Counted from the first letter of the stretch, positions 29,043 to 40,016 are shown. The stretch is DNA of 64,000 nucleotides from an uncultured Acidobacteriota bacterium (GCA_963699175.1 OY969418.1:5959101-6023100), one strand, 5' to 3'. Translations and numbers: made by a program. The notes: a model not told the origin generated them from the sequence alone.

Positions 29043-31251
29043 GTGCGGTGCTCTCCTCTGGGTCGGCTGCCGGGGGGGCGAGCAAGGCCGCGTCTATGTC
29101 CAGCGCGCAGGGTTGACCCGTGCGCGCTGACTCCAACATGTGTAAACAACCTAAGGTAGCGCGCGCGCCATCGCGCACCGTGACAGCGGGCGGTTGGCCG
29201 GTGCGCAGGGCTTGAATAAACGCCTGCATCTGCGCATCGTAGCCTTTCTCGGCCCACCATTTCGATTTACTGCTGACAGAACCTGTTTTGAGTTGAACCT
29301 GTTTGAAATCTTCGCACGTTGCGCCGACGCCTTGCGCAAAAACCTCGACGCGTTCACCGCCCGAAGTTTTACTGCCGACCGTGCAGTAGGTCAAATTGCC
29401 AATCGAGCCGTCGGCAAACTTGAAGGTTGCGGCCAGATTGTTCGTGCCAATCGGCTCGCGCCGGTCAGTAGGCAGCGAGTAAGCCATCACACTAACCGGT
29501 TCGGCTTCGACCAGCCAATACATCAAGTCAACAAAATGGCAGGCTTCGCCCAGAATCGCGCCGCCCAGCGCCGGGTCGGCCATCCAATAATCACCGCTGA
29601 TGCCGGGCGAATTGATGCGGCAATTCATCACCGCCGGGCTGGTGCGCTTTTGCAAAGCTTGTTTCAACTCAAGGTAAAACGGCGCAAAGCGGCGATTGAA
29701 GCCGACTGTGAGTTGGCAGCCCGAGGCTTCGACAGCTTGGTAAATCTCGCGGCATTCATCAAGCGTCAAGGCCATCGGCTTTTCGACAAAGACGTGTTTG
29801 CCCGCGCGCAAGGCGGCAATGGTTTGCCGCGCGTGTTCCTGATTGCGGCTCAGAATCAGGCAGAGATCAATATTTGCGTCGCGTAGCACTTCATCAAAAT
29901 CCGATGTGCAATAAGTCGCGTTGAACCGCTTTGCATAAGACTTGCCCCGCGCGCCGTGCGTGGAATAGACGGCTTGCAACGCGACGTTGGGCACTTTCTT
30001 CAACGCAGGCAGATGCGCCCAGCGCGCCAGATTGCCCGCGCCGATCAGCGCTGCGCGCACTTCATTGCTGGTCTTGGCTAGACGTGCGGTGACCTCGACT
30101 TTGCGCACCGGCTTGAAATCAATCGTGCCCACTTCGCCACGCGCCGCTGGATAGCGCAACACAACGGCCAGGCTATTGGTCGCCGGATTCATGATCGTTT
30201 GATAAGCCTGCGCCGCCTCTTCAAGCTGAAACTCGTGTGTGATGAGCGGCTGCACATTCAAACGCCCGACTGACAATAACCGCAGAACCTCTTCCATATT
30301 CCGGCGTTCCGTCCAGCGCACATAAGTGATTGGATAATCGCGCCCGCGCTTTTCGTACTCGTTATCATAGCTGCCCGGCCCGTAAGCGCGCGACATGAAG
30401 AGTTGAATCTCTTTCAGATACATCTCATGCCAGGGCAATTCGATCTCGACCGCGCCGACAATCACCATGCGCCCGCGGTCACGACAGATTTGCAGCGCTT
30501 GTTGGCAGGGCAGCGGCGATTTCGCAGCAGCGGCGATAATCACGCAATCTGCGCCGCGCCCATTGGTCAACGCTTTGATTTGCTCCGGCAAGCTGCTGTT
30601 GCCGAACAGGCAATGATCTGCGCCGAGCTGTTTTGCCAAATCCAGCCGGTCTTGTTTCAAATCAATCGCAATCACGACTGCACCTTGCAACCGCGCCAGT
30701 TGTGCGACGAGTTGGCCGACCAAGCCGACGCCCATCACGGCGACGATGTCGCCGACGCCAATACCAGCCGTGCGGATTGAATTCAAAGCAATCGCACCGA
30801 GCGTGGTGAAACAAGCGTGCTCGAAGGGCACTTTCACCGGTACTTTGGCAACCAGGTTTTGCCCGGCCAGAATTGTTTCGCCGTGGCCTGTGCCTTCGCC
30901 GCCGTAGGCCACACGGTCGCCGATTTCGAGATCACCCACCGTCGCGTGTTTGGCCGCGATGATGCCTGCGCCGGAGTAGCCCAGCACGGCATACTCGCTG
31001 AATTTAGCCAACACTTCGCGCACCGTAGCAACCGGATGGTTGGTTTTCATCACGTTGAGCACTTTGTTGATGTGCGACGGATTTTCAGCGACGGCTTTGG
31101 CGACGCCGCCAGCGTGGATGCTGGCCGTCTCGGTGCCGCTGCTGATGAGCGAAGCGAGCGGGCGTACCAACACGTGATGCGCACTGAGCTGTGGGTCAGG
31201 TACTTCGTCAACGATGATCTCTTTGAGTCCCTTGCGTATGACTTGCTTCAT
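29005..31251 (-). CDS. bi-domain oxidoreductase (MDR-type dehydrogenase + Gfo/Idh/MocA)
   Basis: ISSGTE, GYSGAG, GVGLVG, RAYGPGSYD, then IGAG, HVFVEKP, VGFNRRF, EACHFVD. Start set at MKQVI. Confidence 0.92.
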   Translation of the reverse strand: MKQVIRKGLKEIIVDEVPDPQLSAHHVLVRPLASLISSGTETASIHAGGVAKAVAENPSHINKVLNVMKTNHPVATVREVLAKFSEYAVLGYSGAGIIAAKHATVGDLEIGDRVAYGGEGTGHGETILAGQNLVAKVPVKVPFEHACFTTLGAIALNSIRTAGIGVGDIVAVMGVGLVGQLVAQLARLQGAVVIAIDLKQDRLDLAKQLGADHCLFGNSSLPEQIKALTNGRGADCVIIAAAAKSPLPCQQALQICRDRGRMVIVGAVEIELPWHEMYLKEIQLFMSRAYGPGSYDNEYEKRGRDYPITYVRWTERRNMEEVLRLLSVGRLNVQPLITHEFQLEEAAQAYQTIMNPATNSLAVVLRYPAARGEVGTIDFKPVRKVEVTARLAKTSNEVRAALIGAGNLARWAHLPALKKVPNVALQAVYSTHGARGKSYAKRFNATYCTSDFDEVLRDANIDLCLILSRNQEHARQTIAALRAGKHVFVEKPMALTLDECREIYQAVEASGCQLTVGFNRRFAPFYLELKQALQKRTSPAVMNCRINSPGISGDYWMADPALGGAILGEACHFVDLMYWLVEAEPVSVMAYSLPTDRREPIGTNNLAATFKFADGSIGNLTYCTVGSKTSGGERVEVFAQGVGATCEDFKQVQLKTGSVSSKSKWWAEKGYDAQMQAFIQALRTGQPPAVTVRDGARATLGCLHMLESARTGQPCALDIDAALLAPPAADPEESTAHAERKAFTQSVA

Positions 31252-31252
31252 A

Positions 31253-32404
31253 TCAGTGGTCAGTGGTTGTCGGTTGAGCGATGACTTGATGATTGGCTTG
31301 CGTAGCTGATGCATCTGCCAGTTCACGGTAAAGCTTCAACCATTGGTCGCGCACCTTCTCCCAGGTGAATTGCTGCGCGCGGGCGTGGGCGTTGTGCGCC
31401 AGCCGCCGCGCCAACTCCGGGTCTTCCAGCAAGCGCATCGCATTCTGCGCCAGCCCCACGTAATCGCCGCAGTTGACGATCAGCGCGCTCTCTTCGTGTT
31501 TGACTAAGTAGGGAATCCCGCCCGCATTGGTCGTCACCAACAAGATACCGCAGGCGCAGCTTTCCGTCGCAGCCGCAGGCATATTGTCAATGTCGTTGCC
31601 GATTAAATAAATGTCGTGTTCGTCGTATAGCTCCGGCATCTTTTCAAACGGCACAAAGCCCAGGAAGCGCGTGTTGCGCAATTTCAAATCGCGCGCCAAT
31701 TGCTCCAACTCGCCGCGTTGCCAACCGTCGGCGGCGATGGTCAGGCTCGCTTCAGGGTATTGCTGCTGAACCAGATGAAACGCGCGAATGACATTGCCCA
31801 CGTTGTAGAGCGGTTCGAGCAGGCGGCCGCACAGGAATTTCGGTTTGAGCGGCGCGCGGTCGCGGAAGCGGAAGCGCTCAAGCTCGATGATGTTGAAGAT
31901 GGATTCGGCCTTCAATCCGAAGCGCGCGAACACGTCTACCAGGTAGTTGGACGGCGCAACGATACGGTCGGCCAAACGCATAAATGGCTTGGTCGTGAGT
32001 GGCCAGTTTTGCAGATGGTCTTCGGCCTCGCCGCTGCGGTAATTCAAAATGACCTTCTTGCCGTAGAGCTTTGCAATTAGGATGGCCGGGAGCGCCGAGA
32101 TCATGTACGAATAATACGAAGCGGAAAAGACTTGCACGATGTCGTAGCGCCAGACCCGCGCGAGCAGCAGGAGGGAATATTGCAGCGTCATCAAGAGCGT
32201 GCGGACGTATTTGATTCTGCGCACCCAGCGCAGTGGTTTTGGCGGACGTGGATTGTGCGGGATGAAGCCGACCGTGAGCGCTGGTTCTGAGCCGAGCGCC
32301 GTCAGCAAACGCACAGCCTGCCGAGACTGGCCGCCGTAAATGTCTAGTGAAGGCGCCGCGATGCAAACGCGGAGTTTTTCAGGTTGTGGGGACGAACGTT
32401 TCAT
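31253..32404 (-). CDS. glycosyltransferase family 4
   Basis: NYRSGEA, RLLEPLYN, DNMP...E, TTNAGGIP motifs. ATG 32404 with GAGGA RBS. Confidence 0.9.
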   Translation of the reverse strand: MKRSSPQPEKLRVCIAAPSLDIYGGQSRQAVRLLTALGSEPALTVGFIPHNPRPPKPLRWVRRIKYVRTLLMTLQYSLLLLARVWRYDIVQVFSASYYSYMISALPAILIAKLYGKKVILNYRSGEAEDHLQNWPLTTKPFMRLADRIVAPSNYLVDVFARFGLKAESIFNIIELERFRFRDRAPLKPKFLCGRLLEPLYNVGNVIRAFHLVQQQYPEASLTIAADGWQRGELEQLARDLKLRNTRFLGFVPFEKMPELYDEHDIYLIGNDIDNMPAAATESCACGILLVTTNAGGIPYLVKHEESALIVNCGDYVGLAQNAMRLLEDPELARRLAHNAHARAQQFTWEKVRDQWLKLYRELADASATQANHQVIAQPTTTDH

Positions 32405-32475
32405 TAATTCCTCGTGGGACAAACTCGAATGATTGAAGTGAACGCGCCAGCGCAAACATTACGGCACCGCCGTAC

Positions 32476-33882
32476 TCAGTTTCTGTCTTCTAACAATGCC
32501 CGCCCCGTCATTTGCTCCGGCACTGGCAAACCGAGCAAGGTAAGCAACGTGGGCGCAATATCCAGGTTATTGCATTCTTCCAGTCGCTCGCCCTTAGGAA
32601 TGCCCGGGCCGTAAAAGAGCAAAACGCCTTGCGGGTCGTGACAGCCAGATTTCACCAGCCCCGTGTCGTGCACCAGGTCGGAATAGCGGATCGAATTGCT
32701 CTGCTCGCCGTAAGGGAAATAACAGCGCGAATCTTCAGTCGTCTCGTCATAATGCCGCAACGTAGCCGTGATGCCATGCTCCACAGTGTCCACAGTAAAG
32801 AGCGGATAATTGGGTGAATTGATATAAGCCGAGCGCAACGCGTTGACGAGATAATCAGCGTTCGCCGGGCTGTTGGGGTAGAGATTGAATTGATCGGACA
32901 TCGTGGAGAGCGTGCGTGCCTGTCCCACCGCGCCAGTCAATTCCAGCAGCTTGTCTAACGAGCGAAGCTGCCCGATGCGCTTGCCCTTTTTCAACGGGCT
33001 AATAAATGGTTTTTGCCCCATGCTCGAAGCCACGACCAGAACCGTGTCGCGATCCAACAGCCGGAGCACGCGCTGCAACAATTCATCAGCCGTGCGGTAG
33101 CCGTATTCAATCGCCCCGCCGTAAATGCGTACTTGTTCAGGCGGAGTCGGATGCGGGAAGCGTTCCGGCTGCATGGCCTTCCAATAAGTGTGCATGTAAT
33201 GCGCCACGTGGTTGGTGTGGAAGGTGGCGAAATGCGGTTTGTTGCGGCGGTAAAGTTGGGAGAAGAAATCGAAATTGACCAGCGGTTGCAGCGCCACTCG
33301 TTGCCAGCGAACTTCCGAGTTGAGTTGCTCATTCGCCAATTGACGCACGATCCGCGCGGCGGTTTGCCAGCGCAGGCCCAGCGCCAACAGTTGCGCGCCA
33401 AGCTGCAGTTTGTACCACGGCCCATCGTGATCGGCGGGCAGCCGGATGGAGCGCGTGTAAGTAAGGTTCAACTGCTGGATGGGTTGCAAAGATTCCGGAT
33501 AGGTCGCCGTGTCCTGCGCGAAGGTTTCGGGGACGTAAAACCCGTTGACCGGTTGCGGCGGCCAGGAGCAGAGGCTGCCATAAATGCCGACGCGCAAGCC
33601 TTGTTGATGACACATCTCCCACAGACGTGGCGCACGAATCGTCTCCGGCGGTTGCTCCAAAAAATAGACGTTGTGTACTTCTTGCGGGCAGCCTGTGTAG
33701 ACGGTCGTCCAGGTGATCCACGGGTCTAGTTGCGGCGGCAGGTCTACACTCATAGGCGCTGCCCACGTGCCCTCCCGCTTGAGGTAGGCGAAGGTCGGCA
33801 GCTTGCCCTGCTCCAATAATGGATCGAGCAGATTCCAGGTGATTTCGTTTAGCTCTACCAGTAAGACTTTTTTGGAAGTCAT
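32476..33882 (-). CDS. alkaline phosphatase superfamily (phosphodiesterase-like) protein
   Basis: VLLVELNE, WTTVYTG, HYMHTYW, GCHDPQG, LDIAPTLLTLLG motifs. Confidence 0.75.
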   Translation of the reverse strand: MTSKKVLLVELNEITWNLLDPLLEQGKLPTFAYLKREGTWAAPMSVDLPPQLDPWITWTTVYTGCPQEVHNVYFLEQPPETIRAPRLWEMCHQQGLRVGIYGSLCSWPPQPVNGFYVPETFAQDTATYPESLQPIQQLNLTYTRSIRLPADHDGPWYKLQLGAQLLALGLRWQTAARIVRQLANEQLNSEVRWQRVALQPLVNFDFFSQLYRRNKPHFATFHTNHVAHYMHTYWKAMQPERFPHPTPPEQVRIYGGAIEYGYRTADELLQRVLRLLDRDTVLVVASSMGQKPFISPLKKGKRIGQLRSLDKLLELTGAVGQARTLSTMSDQFNLYPNSPANADYLVNALRSAYINSPNYPLFTVDTVEHGITATLRHYDETTEDSRCYFPYGEQSNSIRYSDLVHDTGLVKSGCHDPQGVLLFYGPGIPKGERLEECNNLDIAPTLLTLLGLPVPEQMTGRALLEDRN

Positions 33883-35081
33883 AGTCTTTCATCCTGCAAC
33901 GCCGCCAGTTCGTCATAAAGCTGTTCAGTCGCGGCGACAGCACGCTGCATGCTGAACTGCTCAAGCACAAAAGCGCGACCTTGTTCAGCCACGCGGTGGC
34001 TTGCGTCTTCATTGTTCAAAACTGCTGTAATCTGTTTCGCCAGCCGCACTTCATCCGCCGCTGGAACGAGATAGCCGGTCTCGCCATCCACGATCAATTC
34101 CGGGATTCCACCGACGGCGGTGGCGATAACCGGTACACCCGCGGCCAACGCTTCCAGCACAGTGTTAGGCAAGCCTTCGTGCAGCGAAGCCAAAACAGCA
34201 AGGTCGAAGCCTTGCACCAGCCGCGCCGCATCATTGCGCTGGCCCAGCAGATGCACGTGATTGCTGATGCCAAGCTCGGCAGCTTGCGCTTGGAGCGCCG
34301 CGCGCAGTTCGCCTTCACCGATCAGGATAAGGTGTGCCTGGGGAAACGAGCGCACTACCCGGGCCACCGCTTGCAGCAGATAGCAATGGCCTTTGACCGG
34401 ACGCAAATTGGCGACCGTGCCGATCAGCTTGGTCTCTTCCGGCAAGTTGAGTTCACTAAGCAGCGCCGCACGCGCCTCCGCGCGATCAAGTGGCTCTGGC
34501 ACGTACACGAGGCCGTTGCGAATCACCACGAGCTTATCGGCCCGCGTTGTGCCCACCTTGAGTACGTGCGTGCGGACTAATTCGGCATTGACGACGACGC
34601 GGTGCGCCAAACGATTTATGACGCGGCGGCCAAAGGCGTGAATCCAACGATCAGACAAACGCAGATGGCGTTGAGCCGCGATGACTCGCACGCCCGTGCC
34701 CAGCGCGGCCAGCGTGCCCAGCCAACCGGCGTAAAAATCGTGCGCGTGCAGCACATCAATCCGCTCTGCCCGCAGCAAAGCGCGCAAACGGCGCAGTTGG
34801 CGCACTGCGTTCGCGTTGTAAAGGCTGTTGAGTGGGAACTCGATTAAGTCGGGATAGAGCGGCGCAATTTTGTCATACAGCGGCCCTTTGCGTTGAATCG
34901 CCGAGAGCCGCACGTCGTAGCGCGTGCGGTCGAGCCGCTTCAACAATTCGACCGCTTGCCGTTCTGTGCCGCCTAGCTCGAAGCTGTTGATTAAGTGGAG
35001 CACGCGCAGCCTGTCACGCACACGCACGGCAGGGTGCGCTGGCTCTTGTTCCACTGTGGTTTTACTCAGCAATGCTTCCAC
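33879..35081 (-). CDS. glycosyltransferase family 4
   Basis: GGTERQ, ANLRPVKGH, EGLPNTVLEA, VGGIPE motifs. Confidence 0.92.
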   Translation of the reverse strand: MEALLSKTTVEQEPAHPAVRVRDRLRVLHLINSFELGGTERQAVELLKRLDRTRYDVRLSAIQRKGPLYDKIAPLYPDLIEFPLNSLYNANAVRQLRRLRALLRAERIDVLHAHDFYAGWLGTLAALGTGVRVIAAQRHLRLSDRWIHAFGRRVINRLAHRVVVNAELVRTHVLKVGTTRADKLVVIRNGLVYVPEPLDRAEARAALLSELNLPEETKLIGTVANLRPVKGHCYLLQAVARVVRSFPQAHLILIGEGELRAALQAQAAELGISNHVHLLGQRNDAARLVQGFDLAVLASLHEGLPNTVLEALAAGVPVIATAVGGIPELIVDGETGYLVPAADEVRLAKQITAVLNNEDASHRVAEQGRAFVLEQFSMQRAVAATEQLYDELAALQDERL

Positions 35082-35086
35082 AACCT

Positions 35087-37036
35087 TTACCCAACCGGCA
35101 CGACTTGCGTGAGCTGATCCAAACTCAGCGTCTTCGCGCCCTCAAAGCTCATCTCCGGACGCTGGTCAATGAAGGCACGATGCCAAAGTTCCAGCGTCAA
35201 CAAACCCCACAACTGGTGCGCGTGATCGCGGCGGCCAAGCTGATGCTCGGCAATCAGGCTGGCGACTGCGCGCGGGTTCAACAGGCCGCGCTCGCGCGTG
35301 CGCTGGTCGTTGAGCGTGTCCAGCAACAGGTCTTTCAGTTCCCGCTTGAACCATTGACGAAGCGGCACGCTGAAGCCCTTCTTCTGCCGGTGAATAATTT
35401 CGTCCGGCACGAGACCGGCGACTGCGCGTTTGAGAATATATTTGGTCTCCAGGCCGCGCAGCTTGAGCGAACCGGGAATCGTCTGCACGTATTCGATCAG
35501 CTTGTGATCGAGCAGCGGCGCGCGCGTCTCAATCGAATGCGCCATGCTCATCCGATCCACCTTCGTCAAAATATCGCCCGGCAAGTAGGTTTTGCTGTCG
35601 AGATAGAGTAGGTGATCCACGCGCTCCGGCGAGGCCGGCAAGTTGAACAAGCGGCGAAATTCGTTTGCCGAATTGTGATTCCGCAAAGTGCGCGCGGCCT
35701 TATCGTTCAATAAGCGCTGCTTCGCGCGCTCATCGAAAAACGACAAGCTGTCCACGTAGCGCGCCGCCGGATCGAGCGCGATGTTGCGCAGGAAGTTTTT
35801 GCCCGGCGTAATTGACGGCAGCGTTTGGCTCAAAGGCAAAAGCAGGTTGCGCCGCGCTGCTGCCGGCAAGTGCTCAAAGATTGCGCGCCGCTGGTAGGTT
35901 GCGTAGCGTTCGTAGCCCGCGAAGACCTCGTCGCCGCCATCGCCCGAAAGCACGACGGTGACGTGCTCGCGCGCCATCTTCGAGACGACGTAGGTCGGAA
36001 TGCTCGAAACATCGGCGAACGGCTCATCGTGATGCCAGACGATCTCTTCGACCAGGCGGCAGAGGTCGGGTGTGACGATGAACTCGTGATGGTCGGTGTT
36101 GAAATGTTTTGCGGTGAGGCGCGCGTATTCGAGTTCGTCATGGCTAGCTTCGGGAAAACCGATAGAAAAAGTCTTGACCGGTTGTTCCAGCGCGCGCGCC
36201 ATCATTGCCACAACGGTGCTCGAATCAATGCCGCCGGAGAGAAACGCGCCCAAAGGCACTTCACTCATCAGCCGGATGCGCACGGCTTCTTCCAACTCGT
36301 GCAACAGCCGCTCGATATATTCGCCCTCTGTGCGTGCTGGTTCTGCCTGTCCGCCGTAACTGAAATCCCAATAGCGGCGCGTGCTGACTTGGCCGTGCTG
36401 GAAACTCAGTGTGTGGCCGGGCAACAATTTGTGGACGCCGCGAAACGCCGTCTGTGATTCGGGCACGTAGCCAAACGAGAGGAAATCTGAGAGCGCCTCC
36501 AAATTGGCTTCACGCTTGAGCTGCGGATGCTGCAAGAGCGATTTGATCTCCGAGCCGAAGATCAGCGCATCGCCCACTTGCGCATAATGCAGCGGTTTTT
36601 TGCCTACGCGGTCGCGCGCCAGCAGCAACTTGCGCGCGCGCGCGTCCCAGATCGCAAAGCCGAACATGCCGCGCAGCTTTTCGACGCAACGGTCGCCCAG
36701 CTCTTCGTAGAGATGAACAATCGTTTCCGTATCGCTATTGGTGCGGAACTGATGGCCGCGTTTGAGCAAGTCGTCGCGCAATTCCCGGTAGTTGTAGATT
36801 TCACCGTTAAAGACGATCCAGACCGAGCCGTCCTCATTCGAGATCGGCTGGCGTCCGGTCGCCAGATCAATGATTGAAAGCCGGCGCATCCCGAGCGCCA
36901 CACACCCGTCCACATAAAATCCTTCATCATCCGGCCCGCGATGTGTGATCACATCACACATCCGCTGGATGAGTTCACGCCGTTCAATCGCAGACGAAGC
37001 CGCTACTGGCTCAATTATTCCTGCGATACCACACAT
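35087..37036 (-). CDS. asnB: asparagine synthase-family glutamine amidotransferase (EPS-associated) 2
   Basis: [51 protein letters not shown] motifs. Confidence 0.93.
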   Translation of the reverse strand: MCGIAGIIEPVAASSAIERRELIQRMCDVITHRGPDDEGFYVDGCVALGMRRLSIIDLATGRQPISNEDGSVWIVFNGEIYNYRELRDDLLKRGHQFRTNSDTETIVHLYEELGDRCVEKLRGMFGFAIWDARARKLLLARDRVGKKPLHYAQVGDALIFGSEIKSLLQHPQLKREANLEALSDFLSFGYVPESQTAFRGVHKLLPGHTLSFQHGQVSTRRYWDFSYGGQAEPARTEGEYIERLLHELEEAVRIRLMSEVPLGAFLSGGIDSSTVVAMMARALEQPVKTFSIGFPEASHDELEYARLTAKHFNTDHHEFIVTPDLCRLVEEIVWHHDEPFADVSSIPTYVVSKMAREHVTVVLSGDGGDEVFAGYERYATYQRRAIFEHLPAAARRNLLLPLSQTLPSITPGKNFLRNIALDPAARYVDSLSFFDERAKQRLLNDKAARTLRNHNSANEFRRLFNLPASPERVDHLLYLDSKTYLPGDILTKVDRMSMAHSIETRAPLLDHKLIEYVQTIPGSLKLRGLETKYILKRAVAGLVPDEIIHRQKKGFSVPLRQWFKRELKDLLLDTLNDQRTRERGLLNPRAVASLIAEHQLGRRDHAHQLWGLLTLELWHRAFIDQRPEMSFEGAKTLSLDQLTQVVPVG

Positions 37037-37097
37037 AAGTCCTCATTCGTGGGTCCGTTTTTTTTGGATAGTGCTAAAAATGTAAGGCCCAGTTCAC

Positions 37098-37196
37098 CGC
37101 AGAGACGCAGAGAACACAGAGGCCTCGCAGCCTTCCTTTTTGCGCCCACCCGTTTTTGATTTATGAGTTGAGTAGGAGAGCGGGAGAGCAAGAAAC
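37098..37196. repeat. short-period degenerate repeats in intergenic spacer
   Basis: cgcagaga cgcagagaa cacagagg, then ggagagcg ggagagca. Confidence 0.5.
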
Positions 37197-37225
37197 ACAA
37201 AGTCTCCATCTTTCCCACGCCCAAT

Positions 37226-38422
37226 TCATGCCGTCTGCCGAGCATTCGCCTCGGCTGGCAGCTTGTTGTCGCGCACCGATTGCCAGACTACGCGCGACTC
37301 ACCGCGCATGTGTTTGATAAACGCGACGACGACAGCAGTGTTTGCTAGCAAAAAATAGTAAGGCAGCGAAAACGAGCCTAGCTTGATGCTCAGCTTGTCA
37401 CCGATCCAACCGACCAGCCCCAGTGCAAAAGCCGCCAGTTGCGCAAAAAACGTGATGCTGTAGATGAAGTGCTCGTGGAGCAGCATTGCATTGGCCGCTA
37501 AAGCCAGTAGCAAAAAGACCGGCACCAGATAGCGCAGCACCTTGTGCGAGATCATTTGGAAGGCGAACAGCCCGTGTTTTGGCAGACTCAACACCTCGCT
37601 GTAACGTTGCAATGCGCTGAAAGTCTGCTGCACCACCCGCACGCGCATGCGAAACTCGTCCTTGCCCTTTTTGTTTGTGTCTTCCACCGAGATTGCTCCA
37701 GGTTCGTAGACCGTGCGCAAGCCTTGCAGATGGATTTCGGTAGCGATCACGAAGTCGTCAATCATATCGTTGCCCAATCTCTGATGACAACTTCGGCGCA
37801 CGGCGTACAGACAGCCGCTCACGCCGATCAGCGAGCCGACCTCGCTCTCGTGCTGCTTAATCGTCTTCTCGTAACTCCAATAAGATTTGCAGCCATCACC
37901 TACGACGGTGGACGCAAGGTCGTGGTAGATCAATTGTCCGGCAACGCAGCCAACCGTCGGGTCGGCGAACGGGCGTACGATCTGGCGTACCACATCGGGC
38001 CGATACTTCGTCGTCGCGTCAGAGAAAAGCAGGATTTCGCCGTTCGTGGCTTTCACCGCCGCGTTCTGCGCGATGGTTTTGCCGAAATGTTGCTCCTGCC
38101 GATAGAGCTTGACGCCACGCGGGGCATAGCTCTTAACGATCTCGTCCGTGCGATCAGTAGAACAATCGGAGGCGACGACAATCTCCAACCGCTCGCGCGG
38201 ATAATCGAGCGCCAGCGCGTTTTCGAGCTTAGCCGTGATGTCGGTCTCTTCGTTATGCGCCGCGATAATCATCGAGACGCGCGGGAAGATAGTGGCCCGT
38301 TTGACGGGCAGGGCGTAGACGCGGCTCAAAACAAACATCAGCGCCGGGTAGCCGATGTAGCTGTAAAAGAGCAATGCTAGCGCCGTGAGGAAAACTATCT
38401 CTGCAAACAATGCCAAATTCAT
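37226..38422 (-). CDS. glycosyltransferase family 2 (membrane-anchored)
   Basis: IIAAHNEE, SDCSTDRT, FSDA, IDDF, EFRMRVR motifs. N- and C-terminal TM helices. Confidence 0.92.
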   Translation of the reverse strand: MNLALFAEIVFLTALALLFYSYIGYPALMFVLSRVYALPVKRATIFPRVSMIIAAHNEETDITAKLENALALDYPRERLEIVVASDCSTDRTDEIVKSYAPRGVKLYRQEQHFGKTIAQNAAVKATNGEILLFSDATTKYRPDVVRQIVRPFADPTVGCVAGQLIYHDLASTVVGDGCKSYWSYEKTIKQHESEVGSLIGVSGCLYAVRRSCHQRLGNDMIDDFVIATEIHLQGLRTVYEPGAISVEDTNKKGKDEFRMRVRVVQQTFSALQRYSEVLSLPKHGLFAFQMISHKVLRYLVPVFLLLALAANAMLLHEHFIYSITFFAQLAAFALGLVGWIGDKLSIKLGSFSLPYYFLLANTAVVVAFIKHMRGESRVVWQSVRDNKLPAEANARQTA

Positions 38423-38440
38423 GTTTCATACTCCAGCTCC

Positions 38441-40006
38441 CTAGCCGCTCGTGGACGGGGGAGTCAATTGATGTTCGATAGCCGGAGTCGTGGGCAACTT
38501 CTCCAAATCGTTTTGGGGTGAAACCTCCTGCTCGAGTGCCGCGCTTTGGAAAGCGTGTCCGGGATGACGCGCTTTCCAAAGCGTTCCCCTGGCCTCATCT
38601 CCTACGTGGAACTCGGCCAGGTGTGCAGGGGCGATCACTTGTTCGCGGATCATCCGCTCCCGTTCGTAGATCAGCCGCAGACCGACGGCATAGGCTATTG
38701 GGTAGTAGACGAACCACTGATATTGAATAGAGCCAAAAAAACTGTTGGCGTAGTAAGCGACCAACGTCGCCTGTAGCCCTACGCTCAAGACGTAATTTTC
38801 AAAAGCGCGGCGGTCGCACGCGCCTAGCGTCTCGGCTTCAATTTGCCAGAGCGCTTTCAGCGGGTTGAAGATCAGCGCCAGATAGGCCAGCAATCCCATC
38901 AGCCCTAACTCTGCCGCGATCTCTAAGTATGAGTTGTGCGCGCGCCGCTCGTTGATGGATTGAATGTGGAACGTGCCCAGGCCGATGCCGGTGATGGGGT
39001 GGCGCGCTGCGATCAACAGGCCGCGTTTCAAAATATCGCGCCGTTCTTGTGCCGAACCGGTCGAATCGGAATCGGGTTTGACAATCGTCCACAAGCGGTC
39101 CCCCAAACCGCCTGGCATGCTCAGGAGGAGCACGCCTAACAGCATGCCTGCGGCGACATACGGAATCGCGCGATGCCGCCGCCGAAACTTCCAGAGCATT
39201 ACGCCCGCCACCGCCACCAATGCGAGAAAACCACCGCGCGAGAAGGTAATGAGCGTCGCCATCGAAAAGAGCACGATGCAGCAGGCATAGAGCACACGCG
39301 ACGGCCCACGACTTACGACCAGCAACACGACGGCCAGCGGCAGCAGCATGCCGAAGGTCGTCGCCAGATCGTTTGGGTTGCTGAACATCCCGCCGACCGT
39401 GCCTTCGATGCGCTGCGATTTCTCTGACAAATCTCCGGCTCTGAACTTCAAGATCGAGTCAAGCGCGATCCAGCCACCGCACAACACCGTCAGCCGCATC
39501 ATCCAATAGATGCGCGCGCGCGAATCGAGTGTGGCGACCAACAGGCCGAACATCAGCACGACCTTGATGTAAAGCTCGCTCAACTCGCGCCAGGTGTCTT
39601 CTTTGTTGATCGAGAACGGATAGAAAAGCACTGCCAGGCCCAGAATGACGAAGACCATCTTCAACTCGCGCTGCCACAGAAAGAGCTTTTCACCGCTGAT
39701 GGCTCGCGAGAAAAAGAAGATGGCCGGCGCCGCGACCGCAAAAATCTTGGCGAGCGGGATGGGGTATTCTTCAAAGAACTTCGGAAACAACTCGTTCGGA
39801 CGCAGGTAGAGCACCAGCGTGAAGCACCAGACGAAGATGAACGCCAGCAAATAGCTGCCCTGCTTCACGTCGAAATTCAGCAACTTCGCGCGCCGCAATG
39901 TACCGGCGAACCCCACTTCATTGTCGCGCCACGCCATCCCCTGCGGCTCCGGCTCGGCCCGGAACAGCGTAGCGGATTTTTTCGAGTTGAATAAAGCTCC
40001 TGCCAT
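38441..40006 (-). CDS. wzy: O-antigen ligase-family protein, probable Wzy polymerase
   Basis: Multi-TM. FSNPNDLA, TFSRGG, HPITGIGLG, AHNSYLEIAAELG motifs. Confidence 0.85.
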   Translation of the reverse strand: MAGALFNSKKSATLFRAEPEPQGMAWRDNEVGFAGTLRRAKLLNFDVKQGSYLLAFIFVWCFTLVLYLRPNELFPKFFEEYPIPLAKIFAVAAPAIFFFSRAISGEKLFLWQRELKMVFVILGLAVLFYPFSINKEDTWRELSELYIKVVLMFGLLVATLDSRARIYWMMRLTVLCGGWIALDSILKFRAGDLSEKSQRIEGTVGGMFSNPNDLATTFGMLLPLAVVLLVVSRGPSRVLYACCIVLFSMATLITFSRGGFLALVAVAGVMLWKFRRRHRAIPYVAAGMLLGVLLLSMPGGLGDRLWTIVKPDSDSTGSAQERRDILKRGLLIAARHPITGIGLGTFHIQSINERRAHNSYLEIAAELGLMGLLAYLALIFNPLKALWQIEAETLGACDRRAFENYVLSVGLQATLVAYYANSFFGSIQYQWFVYYPIAYAVGLRLIYERERMIREQVIAPAHLAEFHVGDEARGTLWKARHPGHAFQSAALEQEVSPQNDLEKLPTTPAIEHQLTPPSTSG

Positions 40007-40016
40007 TGTCTTTAGT

